Source: Candidatus Minusculum obligatum
GTDB lineage: Bacteria; Patescibacteriota; Minisyncoccia; Phycocordibacterales; Phycocordibacteraceae
Direction of reading: 5' to 3'
Assembly (NCBI GenBank): GCA_002331145.1
Contig: DCYT01000001.1
Coordinates: 1 to 50,959, forward strand
Length of the DNA: 50,959 nt
How positions within the stretch are numbered: position 1 is the first letter of the stretch; the number at the start of each line of letters is the position of its first letter. The notes below the pieces were generated by a model. The model worked only from the letters and a program-made list of their open reading frames with translations. It did not search any database and was not told where the DNA came from. Below are positions 1-8,842 of the stretch, piece by piece. Both the position numbers and the translations under genes were made by a program.

Positions 1-19
1 TGAACTCTGTGCTATTCGG

Positions 20-91
20 CTCCGCGGACAGGATTCGAACCTGTGACCGATCGATTAACAGTCGATTGCTCTACCACTGAGCTACCGCGGA
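20..91 (-). tRNA. tRNA-Asn (anticodon GTT)
   Basis: The reverse complement reads TCCGCGG TAGCTCAGTGGTAGAGC ... ATCGA-CTGTTAA-TCGAT (anticodon loop with GTT) ... GGTTCGAATCC T-arm ... CCGCGGA. The 7-bp acceptor stem pairs perfectly. CCA is not encoded. Confidence 0.9.
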
Positions 92-190
92 ATATAAATA
101 CGCTCACTTGAAGCGTGTGGGCATTGTACCCAAAAAGCTCTATTTTGCAATGTGATATACTCACCAAATAACAAATAATTTTATTCAAAT

Positions 191-436
191 ATGCTCACGC
201 TATACGTAAAAACAGGATGTCCATTTTGTGCAAAAGTAAAAAACACTGTTGCAGAATTTGGTATTGAAGATCAGATTGAGGAGAGGAATATTGCAGATGA
301 AGGTGTGGTAGATGAGCTGCTTGAGAAAGGAGGTCAGAAGATGGTCCCGTTTCTTGTAGATGCTGAAAGGGAGGTGAGTATGTACGAGTCAGATGATATC
401 GTTGCGTACCTTAAGGAGCATTACGCAGGAGACTAA
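191..436 (+). CDS. glutaredoxin-like small thiol-disulfide protein
   Basis: 81 aa with an N-terminal CPFC redox motif (YVKTGCPFCAKVK) and a later VPFL segment, typical of the glutaredoxin/NrdH fold. Confidence 0.8.
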   Translation: MLTLYVKTGCPFCAKVKNTVAEFGIEDQIEERNIADEGVVDELLEKGGQKMVPFLVDAEREVSMYESDDIVAYLKEHYAGD

Positions 437-439
437 GTC

Positions 440-664
440 ATGTACGTTAAAGTCCGTGCAATGCCAAGTGCTAAGAAAGAACGCATTATAGAAATGGATG
501 ATGCACGGGAATTAACTATACATGTGCGTGAGCCAGCGCAGCAAAATATGGCAAATAGGCGTATTATAGAAATATTGGCAGAACGTTTTTCTGTTCCATC
601 ACGATCAATACAGATGCTTTCAGGATTTCGTTCTCCAAATAAAGTATTTTCAATTGATCCATGA
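440..664 (+). CDS. DUF167 (YggU-like) family protein
   Basis: 74 aa. The pattern V.V.A.P.AK...I ...L.I.V..P...G.AN..I...LA..F.V resembles YggU/DUF167. It lies 3 nt after the upstream gene. Confidence 0.55.
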   Translation: MYVKVRAMPSAKKERIIEMDDARELTIHVREPAQQNMANRRIIEILAERFSVPSRSIQMLSGFRSPNKVFSIDP

Positions 665-1026
665 ATATAATCTTCAAAGGAACGAACTACACAATTACTC
701 CAGACATAGAAAAGCTTTGCAATGATCGCATTGATGCGGCAACAAGAATGCTTGGCGCTGATAAAGAGAAAGCTCTTGTTGAAGTAGAGCTTGAGCTTGT
801 AGAAGAGCGAAAGAATAACAATGCAGTATATCGAGCAGAAGCTAATGTTTCTGTTGACGGGAACTTCTATCGAGCTGAATCTACACGTCGTTCAATGCAA
901 AATGCAATAAGTGACGTAAAAAAGGGTCTTTCAAATGAAATTAGAAAAGACCGAGGGAAAAACAGCTCTATGATTAAGGACGGAGGTCGTGCAATGAAAT
1001 CATTGCTTCGGGGCTTCAGGAGGTAG
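661..1026 (+). CDS. hpf: ribosome hibernation promoting factor / RaiA family protein
   Basis: 121 aa. The N-terminus MNIIFKGTNYTITPDIEKLCNDRI and the later AEANVSV.G..YRAES match the HPF/YfiA sigma-54 modulation protein pattern. ATGA overlap with the upstream gene. Confidence 0.65.
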   Translation: MNIIFKGTNYTITPDIEKLCNDRIDAATRMLGADKEKALVEVELELVEERKNNNAVYRAEANVSVDGNFYRAESTRRSMQNAISDVKKGLSNEIRKDRGKNSSMIKDGGRAMKSLLRGFRR

Positions 1027-1857
1027 GGAATAACCAGTAAGTTCGCGATAGCGGACTTCTTTTTTACCCTCAGGAATAACCTTCGTTGGAAGGAAGATTC
1101 CTTCATGATATGTCGCGTCGGCAATTTTTATTCGTACCCCATCTTCTGTAAAGAAAAATGTTCCAGGCCATGGATAGTATGCGCAGAATTTTAGGAAGTT
1201 TTGGTATGGGTCATTTTTAAAATCAATTTCTCCACACTCCTTTTTCATTTTTGTAGTAAAGGTAGCTTCTTCATGGTTTTGTGGCGTTGCTTTTATTTCT
1301 CCATCACACCAGAGTCTCATAGCTTTTGCTAAAAGTTCTCCTCCGCAAGCAGCAAATACTCGTGTAAGTTCATCTTTTCGTATTGGCCATGCAGGAAGAT
1401 TTTTTTCTGCTTGAAGCACAATTGGACCGTGATCAAGTTCTTCATCCATTTGCATAATAGTTACACCAACAGGTTTTTCATCTGCCAAGATCTGTCCTTC
1501 AATAGGAGATGCGCCCCTAAAGCGCGGGAGTAGAGACGGGTGTACATTAAGTGTTCCGCACCGTGGTAGGTCAATAAGTTCTTTTTTTAAAATTTTCCCA
1601 TACGCTGCAACTACAAATACATCAAAATTATCTTTAAGCTCTTTGGGAATTTCTTTTAAAGATTCTGGCTGTATAACAGGAATATTATTCTCCTGCGCCC
1701 AGACTTTAACTGCGGGAGGAGTCAGCTTCATTCCACGCCCTGCTTTTTTATCTGGTGCAGTAACAATAAGGGAAGGGAGCATATCTCGCTCTTGTAGCTC
1801 TTCTAGTATGCGCACCGCAAAAGGCGGCGTTCCAAAGTATGCAAATTTAAGACTCAT
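1000..1857 (-). CDS. fmt: methionyl-tRNA formyltransferase
   Basis: Contains the HPSLLPRFRGASPI motif and an N-terminal FAYFGTP Rossmann start. The preferred start is MSLKFAYFGT at 1857; the track ORF extends to 1884. It overlaps the def stop, the classic def-fmt operon arrangement. Confidence 0.9.
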   Translation of the reverse strand: MSLKFAYFGTPPFAVRILEELQERDMLPSLIVTAPDKKAGRGMKLTPPAVKVWAQENNIPVIQPESLKEIPKELKDNFDVFVVAAYGKILKKELIDLPRCGTLNVHPSLLPRFRGASPIEGQILADEKPVGVTIMQMDEELDHGPIVLQAEKNLPAWPIRKDELTRVFAACGGELLAKAMRLWCDGEIKATPQNHEEATFTTKMKKECGEIDFKNDPYQNFLKFCAYYPWPGTFFFTEDGVRIKIADATYHEGIFLPTKVIPEGKKEVRYRELTGYSLPPEAPKQ

Positions 1858-2350
1858 GTTTTTCAAGATTCTCAGCGTGATCAATAAAGAGAACTCCGTT
1901 TAGGTGGTCGATCTCATGTTGGTACGCTTGAGCTAGTATTCCGCCACCACCGCGAGTAAACCAGTTTCCTTCAGCATCCTGCGCCTTTACCGTTGCGCGC
2001 TCAAATCGTTGTGTGTTTCCATATATACCATCAACAGAAAGACACCCCTCAGGAATAGTTGCTTGCTTCCTAGAAGTTTTAACAATTTCTGGATTAATAA
2101 AGATTCCAACTTCAGGTTCTAACTCTTCCTTAGATTCAGGTACCATTCGGTCATATCGAACAATAAATATCCTATAAGGGATAGCTATTTGAGGAGCGGC
2201 AAGTGCTACGCCGTGTTTTGCTGTATCGAGTGATTCTTTCATCTCCTCAAGCATCTTTGTAAGTTTTGGAGTATTAAAAAGATCCGCAGGAACCTCCTTT
2301 GCGGTTTCTCGTAGTACGGGATCCCCGTCTTGTACGATATCTTTTGACAT
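1847..2350 (-). CDS. def: peptide deformylase
   Basis: All three PDF motifs are present: GVALAAPQI, EGCLS and HEIDHLNG. Confidence 0.95.
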   Translation of the reverse strand: MSKDIVQDGDPVLRETAKEVPADLFNTPKLTKMLEEMKESLDTAKHGVALAAPQIAIPYRIFIVRYDRMVPESKEELEPEVGIFINPEIVKTSRKQATIPEGCLSVDGIYGNTQRFERATVKAQDAEGNWFTRGGGGILAQAYQHEIDHLNGVLFIDHAENLEKHES

Positions 2351-2364
2351 AAATCGAGTATAAC

Positions 2365-2520
2365 AAAAAACACCGCCAAATGTAGCGGTGAAGGGAAGGT
2401 GACCAAGGAGCTCGCCGGGGGGACGATTTATAACTCCTTGATCACCTAACAGACGAGGTGGACAAGGGTTGGTAGCCTCGCCTGGTTTTGGGCACTGGAG
2501 CTCTCACTCAGGCACCCAAA
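2365..2520 (-). ncRNA. candidate structured small RNA or leader upstream of def, class unknown
   Basis: Three consecutive hairpins (stems of 9, 9 and 13 bp) plus a terminal CACCGC-N8-GCGGUG hairpin followed by UUUUUU. Four stem positions are G-U pairs on the minus strand and would be A-C mismatches on the plus strand. Confidence 0.45.
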
Positions 2521-2563
2521 CTCTTCTATAATTGATAGTACTCCTATAAAATAGAAATGCAAT

Positions 2564-2851
2564 ATGGAACATATCGGAGCAAACCTACCAGAGTTTAAAA
2601 AAGAAAAGAACAGGAAAACTGAGCGAGGAGAGCTCATGGTCTATTTTCGTACAAAACTAAATGCAGGGAGAGAGAAGGACGGGCTCAAGCCTTTGTCTAT
2701 GGGAAGAATGGGAATGTTGCTTCAAGGAATTCCAACAGAAGATCTTTATTATCTTAAAAGTGTTTGTAATCAAGCAAAGCATTTCTCAAAGAAATTTTGG
2801 TGGGAAATCAATCCAAAGAATCACGAAGGGAAGCAATTTGGACAGAAGTAA
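2564..2851 (+). CDS. hypothetical small protein
   Basis: 95-aa ORF just upstream of murA with protein-like composition (..LYYLKSVCNQAKHFSKKFWWEINPK..). The start is uncertain: an internal ATG at 2636 is preceded by AGGAGA. Confidence 0.45.
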   Translation: MEHIGANLPEFKKEKNRKTERGELMVYFRTKLNAGREKDGLKPLSMGRMGMLLQGIPTEDLYYLKSVCNQAKHFSKKFWWEINPKNHEGKQFGQK

Positions 2852-2872
2852 AATACTACGTACAATAGGGAT

Positions 2873-4168
2873 ATGAATTCGCGCGAGATGTTGGTTGTGA
2901 AAGGTCTTGGAGGAAAGAAAACACTTTCGGGCGAAATTACTATTAACGGTGCAAAAAATGCAGTATTGCCACTTATGGCATCTGCAATTCTTTTTAATGG
3001 GAAGGTGCAAATCAAAAAACTTCCAGAGATTCGAGATGTTATTGCAATGCGAGAGTTACTCGCAGGCCTTGGTGCAGAGGTGTCCCAAAAAGGAAATGTA
3101 CTTTCTATAACTCCATCAAAGAAATCAAAAGGAGTGCTAGATGAAGATGTGGCAAAGCGTTTGCGGGCTTCAATTATTTTAACGGGACCTACTCTTGGAA
3201 AATATGGGAAAGTTGTATTTCCGCATCCCGGAGGATGTGTGTTAGGAGCTCGTCCAATTGACCTTTTTCTTTCTGCATATGAGAAGATGGGTGCAACAGT
3301 TGAACACAGTGGAAAGGCGTACATAATTAAGGCTCCACGTGGAGGGCTTAAGGGCGCAAATATTTTCTTTAAAACGATGAGTATGACCGCAACAGAAGCG
3401 CTCATGTTTGCAGCAACACAAGCAAATGGGAAGACTGTGCTTCATAACTGCGCCATGGAGCCGGAGATTGCATTTCTTGCTGACTGTCTAAATCAAGGAG
3501 GTGCAAAAATTGTAGGGGCTGGAACGCCAACAATTACTATTACACCCACAAAGAGCCTAAAGCAGAAGAAAGCATTTCCAGTACTTCCTGATCGTATTGA
3601 GGCAGGAAGCTTCCTTATTTTGGGTGCGCTTCTTGCGAAGAATTTAACTATTAAGAATGTTATTCCAGAACATCTTCAGATTGTTATTGAGCTTCTAAAA
3701 GAATCAGGTGTTCCTATAACAACTACAAAAAATACTATCTCAATAAAGAACAACATAAAACCAAACAGTTCATTTGAACCAGTGTCATTTAGAACTCATG
3801 AGTACCCAGGATTCCCAACAGACCTGCAGGCGCCAATGGTTGTATTTTTAACTCAAACAAAAGGAGAGAGTACTGTGCTTGAAACAGTGTTCGACAATAG
3901 ATTTAATTTTGTACAAGATCTTGTTCGTATGGGAGCAAGAGCAAGTATTTGGAATCCACACCAAATAACGGTGTACGGTCCATCAAAGCTAAAGGCGCGA
4001 CACTTAACAGGTCCTGATATTAGAGCTGGTCTTGCGTACATAATTGCAGCGCTTCTTGCAAAGGGAACAGGAACTATAGATAATGTGCACCTTATTGATC
4101 GAGGATATGCAGATATTGAAGGAAGGTTATCTGCACTCGGTGCAACTGTTGAGCGAAGAGAAGCATGA
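2873..4168 (+). CDS. murA: UDP-N-acetylglucosamine 1-carboxyvinyltransferase
   Basis: 431 aa. Has the INGAKNA N-terminus, the active-site Cys context HPGGCVLGARPID and the C-terminal IDRGY..IE..L..LGA. Confidence 0.95.
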   Translation: MNSREMLVVKGLGGKKTLSGEITINGAKNAVLPLMASAILFNGKVQIKKLPEIRDVIAMRELLAGLGAEVSQKGNVLSITPSKKSKGVLDEDVAKRLRASIILTGPTLGKYGKVVFPHPGGCVLGARPIDLFLSAYEKMGATVEHSGKAYIIKAPRGGLKGANIFFKTMSMTATEALMFAATQANGKTVLHNCAMEPEIAFLADCLNQGGAKIVGAGTPTITITPTKSLKQKKAFPVLPDRIEAGSFLILGALLAKNLTIKNVIPEHLQIVIELLKESGVPITTTKNTISIKNNIKPNSSFEPVSFRTHEYPGFPTDLQAPMVVFLTQTKGESTVLETVFDNRFNFVQDLVRMGARASIWNPHQITVYGPSKLKARHLTGPDIRAGLAYIIAALLAKGTGTIDNVHLIDRGYADIEGRLSALGATVERREA

Positions 4169-5178
4169 GTTATTTTTCACCAAAGCTAGGAATCGATTTA
4201 GGAACCACAAATATTTTGGTGCATCTTCCTGATAAGGGGGTGGTGCTTAACGAGCCGTCTGTGGTTGCTGTTTCTGAGCAAAACAACAAAGTTTTAGCCA
4301 TTGGTGCTGAAGCAAAGAAAATGATTGGACGAACACCAGATGATATTGTGGCGTATCGACCAATGAAAGATGGAGTTATTGCTGACTATCGCGTAACAGA
4401 AGCAATGCTTCGTTACTATATGCGAAAGGCATTGGGACGATGGAATTTCTTTAAGCCCAACGTAATGATTTCTGTTCCTGCGGGAGTTACGGGGACAGAG
4501 CGTCGTGCAGTAGTAGAGGCTGCAGTTCGTGCAGGTGCTAAAAATGCATATGTTGTAAAAGAACCAATTCTTGCTGCTATTGGTGCAGGGGTTCCTATTC
4601 AAGAGCCATATGGTCACATGATCGTAGACGCTGGAGGTGGAACTATCGATGCAGCTGTAATCTCATTAGGAGGAATTGTGTGTGCGAATTCTGTGAAGTG
4701 CTCTGGAAATAAACTAGATCACGCCATCGTTGATTATTTAAAAAAGAATTACAACCTTGCCATTGGAGACAAGATGGCTGAGGACATAAAAATAAAAGTT
4801 GGGGCGGCGCTTCCGCTTGATGTGCCACTTACTATGGAGGTGCGGGGAAGGGATTTGGTATCAGGACTTCCAAGGACAGTTGAATTAAATACAAATGACG
4901 TTGTAGATGCTTTAAGTAAAGAGCTTCGAGAGATGATTCGTGCAATTCGAACAGTGCTTGAGCAAACACCTCCAGAGCTTGCAGCCGACATTATCGACAG
5001 GGGAATCATAATGACAGGAGGAACATCTCAGCTTCGAAATTTCCCAGAGCTCGTACTTCGAAAAACAGGAGTTAAAGCACGTCTGGCAAATGATGCATAT
5101 TTCTGTGTGGTGAAAGGAACAGGAATCGCACTAAAACATCTAGATACATATCAGAGAAGTATCATAAGTAAGAAATAA
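4165..5178 (+). CDS. mreB: MreB/Mbl-like actin homolog (paralog 1)
   Basis: 337 aa. Motifs GIDLGTTNILV, NEPSVVA, DAGGGTIDAAVISLGG and IMTGGTSQLRN. ATGA overlap with murA. Confidence 0.9.
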   Translation: MSYFSPKLGIDLGTTNILVHLPDKGVVLNEPSVVAVSEQNNKVLAIGAEAKKMIGRTPDDIVAYRPMKDGVIADYRVTEAMLRYYMRKALGRWNFFKPNVMISVPAGVTGTERRAVVEAAVRAGAKNAYVVKEPILAAIGAGVPIQEPYGHMIVDAGGGTIDAAVISLGGIVCANSVKCSGNKLDHAIVDYLKKNYNLAIGDKMAEDIKIKVGAALPLDVPLTMEVRGRDLVSGLPRTVELNTNDVVDALSKELREMIRAIRTVLEQTPPELAADIIDRGIIMTGGTSQLRNFPELVLRKTGVKARLANDAYFCVVKGTGIALKHLDTYQRSIISKK

Positions 5179-5179
5179 G

Positions 5180-5211
5180 AAATGGGCGGATCATATGATC
5201 CGCCCATTTTT
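5180..5211. terminator. bidirectional intrinsic terminator between convergent genes
   Basis: Perfect palindrome AAATGGGCGGATCA/TATGATCCGCCCATTT, flanked by an A-run on one side and a T-run on the other. Confidence 0.8.
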
Positions 5212-5227
5212 GGTTGGCAGTAGTCTG

Positions 5228-5887
5228 CTAGCCACGGTAACCGATGCGGAAACCGAAAAAGTTACCGCCGTTGGACCAGTCGTTTTCACTGGCGCCATCG
5301 AAGAATCCTTCGATGTAGAGACCGTCGTCACCGACAGCACGGCTGACCGATGCACCGTAAACGGTGGTGTTCGTGTCGCCGTACTTCCAGTCGTTCATGA
5401 CGCCGCCGACTTCTGCCGAAAAGGTCCAGGCACCAGATTCCCGATTGTAGGTCAGGAGACCGATGAGGCCTGCATCTTCCAGGTCAGTCATGAGCCGGCC
5501 GTAACTGACATCAGCGCCAAAGCCAGACTCGTGCTGATAGGAACAGCCGGCAGAGAGCGCAGTGACGTTGTCCTCGAAGTAGAGGGACTCGTAGTAGTCA
5601 GCGCGGCCACGACAGGACAGAAATGCAATATCCCCGTGCACCTGGCCGCCGAAGCGGTAGTTTCCGAGATCCATCGAGTCAGAGTTCAGGTAGCTGCCGT
5701 CGACCAGGAAGTGGTCGCCGAAGGCGAGGCTCGCGTTCAGGCTGGTGATACCGTCGTCAGAGACTTCGTCTCCGATCACGCGATTGAACCGGCCATTTTC
5801 GTGGCCGAAATTGATATCGTAGTCCTGGGCGAGCGCCCCGGTGGTGAGTGTGAATGCCACAATGGTGGCGGACAAAGTACGAATCAT
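5228..5887 (-). CDS. secreted beta-barrel (outer-membrane-protein-like) protein, compositionally foreign
   Basis: The start at 5887 is preceded by AAGGAGA 7 nt upstream. Signal peptide MIRTLSATIVAFTLTTGALA/QD. The rest is Gly/Asp/Tyr-rich with alternating hydrophobic residues and ends in FGFRIGYRG. The ORF is visibly much more GC-rich than its flanks. Confidence 0.7.
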   Translation of the reverse strand: MIRTLSATIVAFTLTTGALAQDYDINFGHENGRFNRVIGDEVSDDGITSLNASLAFGDHFLVDGSYLNSDSMDLGNYRFGGQVHGDIAFLSCRGRADYYESLYFEDNVTALSAGCSYQHESGFGADVSYGRLMTDLEDAGLIGLLTYNRESGAWTFSAEVGGVMNDWKYGDTNTTVYGASVSRAVGDDGLYIEGFFDGASENDWSNGGNFFGFRIGYRG

Positions 5888-5926
5888 GGCAAAATCTCCT
5901 TTGCTGTTGCCATTGAGACTGGGTAA

Positions 5927-5955
5927 TTTAAAACATTTTTTAGAACAAAAGTCAA
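5927..5955 (-). promoter_or_regulatory. candidate sigma70-like promoter for the beta-barrel gene
   Basis: The minus strand reads TTGACT-17 nt-TTTAAA(T), in AT-rich DNA about 35 nt upstream of the ATG at 5887. Confidence 0.35.
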
Positions 5956-5976
5956 TATGTAGTATTATATTTCCAT

Positions 5977-6603
5977 ATGCATCACGCACTCCTATATATA
6001 GGTTCTCCAAATATTTGTCAGTCTTGTACAAAGGGACTTCAAGCTGATTTGGGAGTTGCAGATATTGATATTCGTACGTATGAGCAAGAGAAGTTTCCTA
6101 TAGCAGATGCACGGACTCTTGTTCAGAACATTCAAACAACTCCATTGGGGGGAGAGAAAACATTAACGGTTGTTGCTGTAGAGAAAATAGACGTTGAGGC
6201 ACAAAATGCTCTTCTTAAGATTGCAGAAGAGCCACCAGCGCATGCTCACATTGCTCTTATCGTTCCAAGTATAGACATGTTGCTTCCAACACTTGTGTCT
6301 CGCTTTGTTTTATTCGGGAGTAATTCGGGAGGAGATGACTCATCTTGGGCAAAGGAGTTTATCTCTGCAACAACAGCTGCACGGCAAAAAATAACCGAGA
6401 AGATAGTGAAAGATAAAGATGCGGTAGCAGGAAAGAAATTAATTAGAGATCTAGAAACTGCTTTGGCAAAGACTCAAAATAAAGAGCAGTACAAAAATGA
6501 AATAGAAGATCTTATGGCATTTAGGCAGTATGTAGAACAGCGTGGTGCGAGTATGAAATTTATGTTGGAGCACTTAGCGCTTACACTTCCACAGATAAAG
6601 TAG
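5977..6603 (+). CDS. holB: DNA polymerase III delta-prime-like subunit (short, no intact P-loop)
   Basis: 208 aa. Has HALLYIG (the HAYLF.G position), AQNALLKIAEEPP and the sensor-like LPTLVSRF. No GxxGxGK Walker A is visible. Confidence 0.7.
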   Translation: MHHALLYIGSPNICQSCTKGLQADLGVADIDIRTYEQEKFPIADARTLVQNIQTTPLGGEKTLTVVAVEKIDVEAQNALLKIAEEPPAHAHIALIVPSIDMLLPTLVSRFVLFGSNSGGDDSSWAKEFISATTAARQKITEKIVKDKDAVAGKKLIRDLETALAKTQNKEQYKNEIEDLMAFRQYVEQRGASMKFMLEHLALTLPQIK

Positions 6604-6625
6604 TACGTGTTACAATCCAGCCATT

Positions 6626-7165
6626 ATGGATGAACTAAAAGCAAAAGTTGAAGAAACAAAAGCGTGGCTTATTAAAGAGCTTTCAGGTGTTCGCACAGGA
6701 AGAGCTGCGCCACAGCTTCTTGAGAATGTACGTGTGGATGTATATGGAGCAATGACTCCACTTTCACAAGTTGCCACTGTTGGGGTAGAGGATGCAAAAA
6801 CTCTACTTATTTCTCCTTGGGATAAAGAAAATGCAAAGCATATTGAAAAAGCTGTTGCAGATGCAGACCTTGGTGTTTCTACACAGGCAGGAGACACAAG
6901 TGTGCGTGTTATTTTTCCAGACCTTACGCAGGAGCGTCGAGACATGCTTCTAAAGCTTGTTGGAGATCGACTTGAACAAGCAAAGGTAACACTTCGAGGT
7001 GCTCGAAATGATGCAATCTCTCTATTTGAGAAACAAAAGAAAGATGGAGATATTGGGGAGGATGAACTATTTGGATTTAAAGATCAGGTTCAGAAGATAA
7101 TTGAAGAGGGAACAAAAGAGCTTGAAGAGCTTGGGTCTAAGAAGAGGGCTGAAATTTCAGAATAA
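6626..7165 (+). CDS. frr: ribosome recycling factor
   Basis: 179 aa. Segments RTGRA.P.LLE.V.V..YG, ..I.PWD and LTEERR-like LTQERRDMLLK. Confidence 0.95.
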   Translation: MDELKAKVEETKAWLIKELSGVRTGRAAPQLLENVRVDVYGAMTPLSQVATVGVEDAKTLLISPWDKENAKHIEKAVADADLGVSTQAGDTSVRVIFPDLTQERRDMLLKLVGDRLEQAKVTLRGARNDAISLFEKQKKDGDIGEDELFGFKDQVQKIIEEGTKELEELGSKKRAEISE

Positions 7166-8250
7166 TGGGAATTCTTACGTTCATAATTGTACTTGTCGCA
7201 CTCATTGTTGTTCATGAGTTTGGGCATTTTATAGTGGCCAAGTGGTCAAAGATGCGAGTTGATGAATTTGGTCTGGGGTACCCACCAAAACTTTGGGGTA
7301 AAAAGATTGGAGAAACAGAATACACGCTTAATGCGCTTCCATTTGGAGGGTTTGTAAAGATTTATGGAGAAGATTCAGATGAATCTACAGAAGATAGTGC
7401 TCGAGCATTTACAAATCGTCCTCGTATCTTGCAGGCGCTAACTCTTGTTGCAGGAGTTGCAATGAATGTACTTGTTGCGTGGCTACTTCTTCTTATTGTG
7501 CTTACGTCAGGAGCACCACGTGCGCTTACTCCAGAGCAGGTACCAAATGCTGTAAATCCAGAACTTACTGTTACGTACGTTGTTCCAGGAACTCCAGCTG
7601 CTAATGCAGGCCTTAAGGCAGGGGATGTGCTGCTTGAAGGATCTTATGGAGACACTTCTTTTTATAATTCAAATGTAGATGAGTTTGTAACTTTTGTAGG
7701 AGGAGCAACCGACACTGAAGTTTCTCTTATTGTAGAGAGAGGAAATGAGCAAAAAGAACTTGCCATTACTCCAGAGGCGGGAATTGTAGAAGGGCAAGGT
7801 GCTATCGGTGTAGGACTTGCTGTTGTTGGATCAATAGAGCTTCCACTGCATGAGACTCTTGTGGAGTCTGTGGTTATCACAGGGATTCTTTTGAAAGACA
7901 TTACAATCGGCATCACAACATTCTTATTCCAAGCAATTACATTCTCAGCCGACTTCTCACAGGTTGCAGGACCAATTGGGATTGCTGGTGTTGTAGCAGA
8001 TGCTGGAGAAAATGGAATTATTCCACTTCTTTCTCTTACGGCTCTTATTTCTCTGAACCTTGCAGTTATTAATCTACTTCCAGTTCCGGCTCTTGATGGG
8101 GGAAGATTGCTCTTTGTGGCTGTTGAAGCAATCATTAGGAAGCCAATTCCAGCATCTGTTGCGCAGACTGCAAATACTATTGGATTTCTTCTTCTTATTC
8201 TCTTAATGATTGTGGTTTCTATAAGTGATATTGGAAAGTTGCTGGGATAA
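7165..8250 (+). CDS. rseP: site-2 (M50, RseP-type) membrane metalloprotease
   Basis: HEFGHF zinc motif at the N-terminus, a central PDZ-like segment (GTPAANAGLKAGDVLL) and the C-terminal NLLPVPALDGG motif. Confidence 0.9.
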   Translation: MGILTFIIVLVALIVVHEFGHFIVAKWSKMRVDEFGLGYPPKLWGKKIGETEYTLNALPFGGFVKIYGEDSDESTEDSARAFTNRPRILQALTLVAGVAMNVLVAWLLLLIVLTSGAPRALTPEQVPNAVNPELTVTYVVPGTPAANAGLKAGDVLLEGSYGDTSFYNSNVDEFVTFVGGATDTEVSLIVERGNEQKELAITPEAGIVEGQGAIGVGLAVVGSIELPLHETLVESVVITGILLKDITIGITTFLFQAITFSADFSQVAGPIGIAGVVADAGENGIIPLLSLTALISLNLAVINLLPVPALDGGRLLFVAVEAIIRKPIPASVAQTANTIGFLLLILLMIVVSISDIGKLLG

Positions 8251-8256
8251 AAAAGT

Positions 8257-8289
8257 CCGCCCGTACCAAATTTAGTACGGGCGGTTTTA
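8257..8289. terminator. intrinsic terminator
   Basis: CCGCCCGTAC-N8-GTACGGGCGG followed by TTTT. It sits between convergent genes. Confidence 0.8.
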
Positions 8290-8291
8290 TA

Positions 8292-8726
8292 TCAGACATG
8301 CTCTCGCCAGAGCTTGTCGCTGGTGTTCAGAGCAAGTCTTTGCTCTTTTACACCAAATGAATGAGCTTTGTCCGTGAGAATTTTCCCAATTTCTGCAAAA
8401 CCTTCATCAATCTTCATGGTCAGAAGTAGTTCGCAGATTTCGCAGTAGGCAACAGCGCTTACAGTTCCTTCAATGGCGTTAACCACTGATTCACAGAAAG
8501 GTTTTTTCTCAGATTGATTGCCAAGAATGTTCTCACGAACTGCCTGGGTATTTTCTTCAGTGGGTCGAAGACGAATACTTGCGTCCAGGTAAAGTTTACT
8601 CAGAGCTCTCTGCAATTTCAAAATCTTCGTGGTAGAGAGAAGTTCTCCAAGGATCTCAAGTCCAGGCAACGTATCAACCTTTTGCAGCCGATTGGCGATA
8701 GCGCGCTCAAAAGAAATATTGGTCAT
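8292..8726 (-). CDS. hypothetical protein
   Basis: The 144-aa version starts at MTNISFERAI, with AGGAGA 5 nt upstream. The longer track ORF (to 8912) would overlap the proS start and promoter. Confidence 0.6.
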   Translation of the reverse strand: MTNISFERAIANRLQKVDTLPGLEILGELLSTTKILKLQRALSKLYLDASIRLRPTEENTQAVRENILGNQSEKKPFCESVVNAIEGTVSAVAYCEICELLLTMKIDEGFAEIGKILTDKAHSFGVKEQRLALNTSDKLWREHV

Positions 8727-8805
8727 TTCTATCTCCTGAAAATGTGAAAATCTGTCTTGTAAAATACAATTATATTTACCCATTGTCAATAGACAACAAT
8801 TGTGT

Positions 8806-8834
8806 TTGCCCTTACATACCCTGTCACATATAAT
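8806..8834 (+). promoter_or_regulatory. candidate proS promoter
   Basis: TTGCCC-17 nt-TATAAT. The -10 box ends 8 nt before the proS ATG and there is no SD. Confidence 0.5.
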
Positions 8835-8842
8835 GGATCCTA

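Noticed and set aside
2821-3405. 194-aa minus-strand ORF.
   Set aside because: It is antisense to murA.
5195-5926. 243-aa plus-strand ORF covering the high-GC patch.
   Set aside because: It is a shadow frame antisense to the signal-peptide beta-barrel gene. It has no RBS or sensible start context, and GC-rich DNA is naturally poor in stop codons in several frames.
5888-6031. N-terminal extension of the track ORF 5228..6031.
   Set aside because: The extension is AT-rich, runs through the promoter region and overlaps the holB start. AAGGAGA plus a canonical signal peptide begin at 5887.
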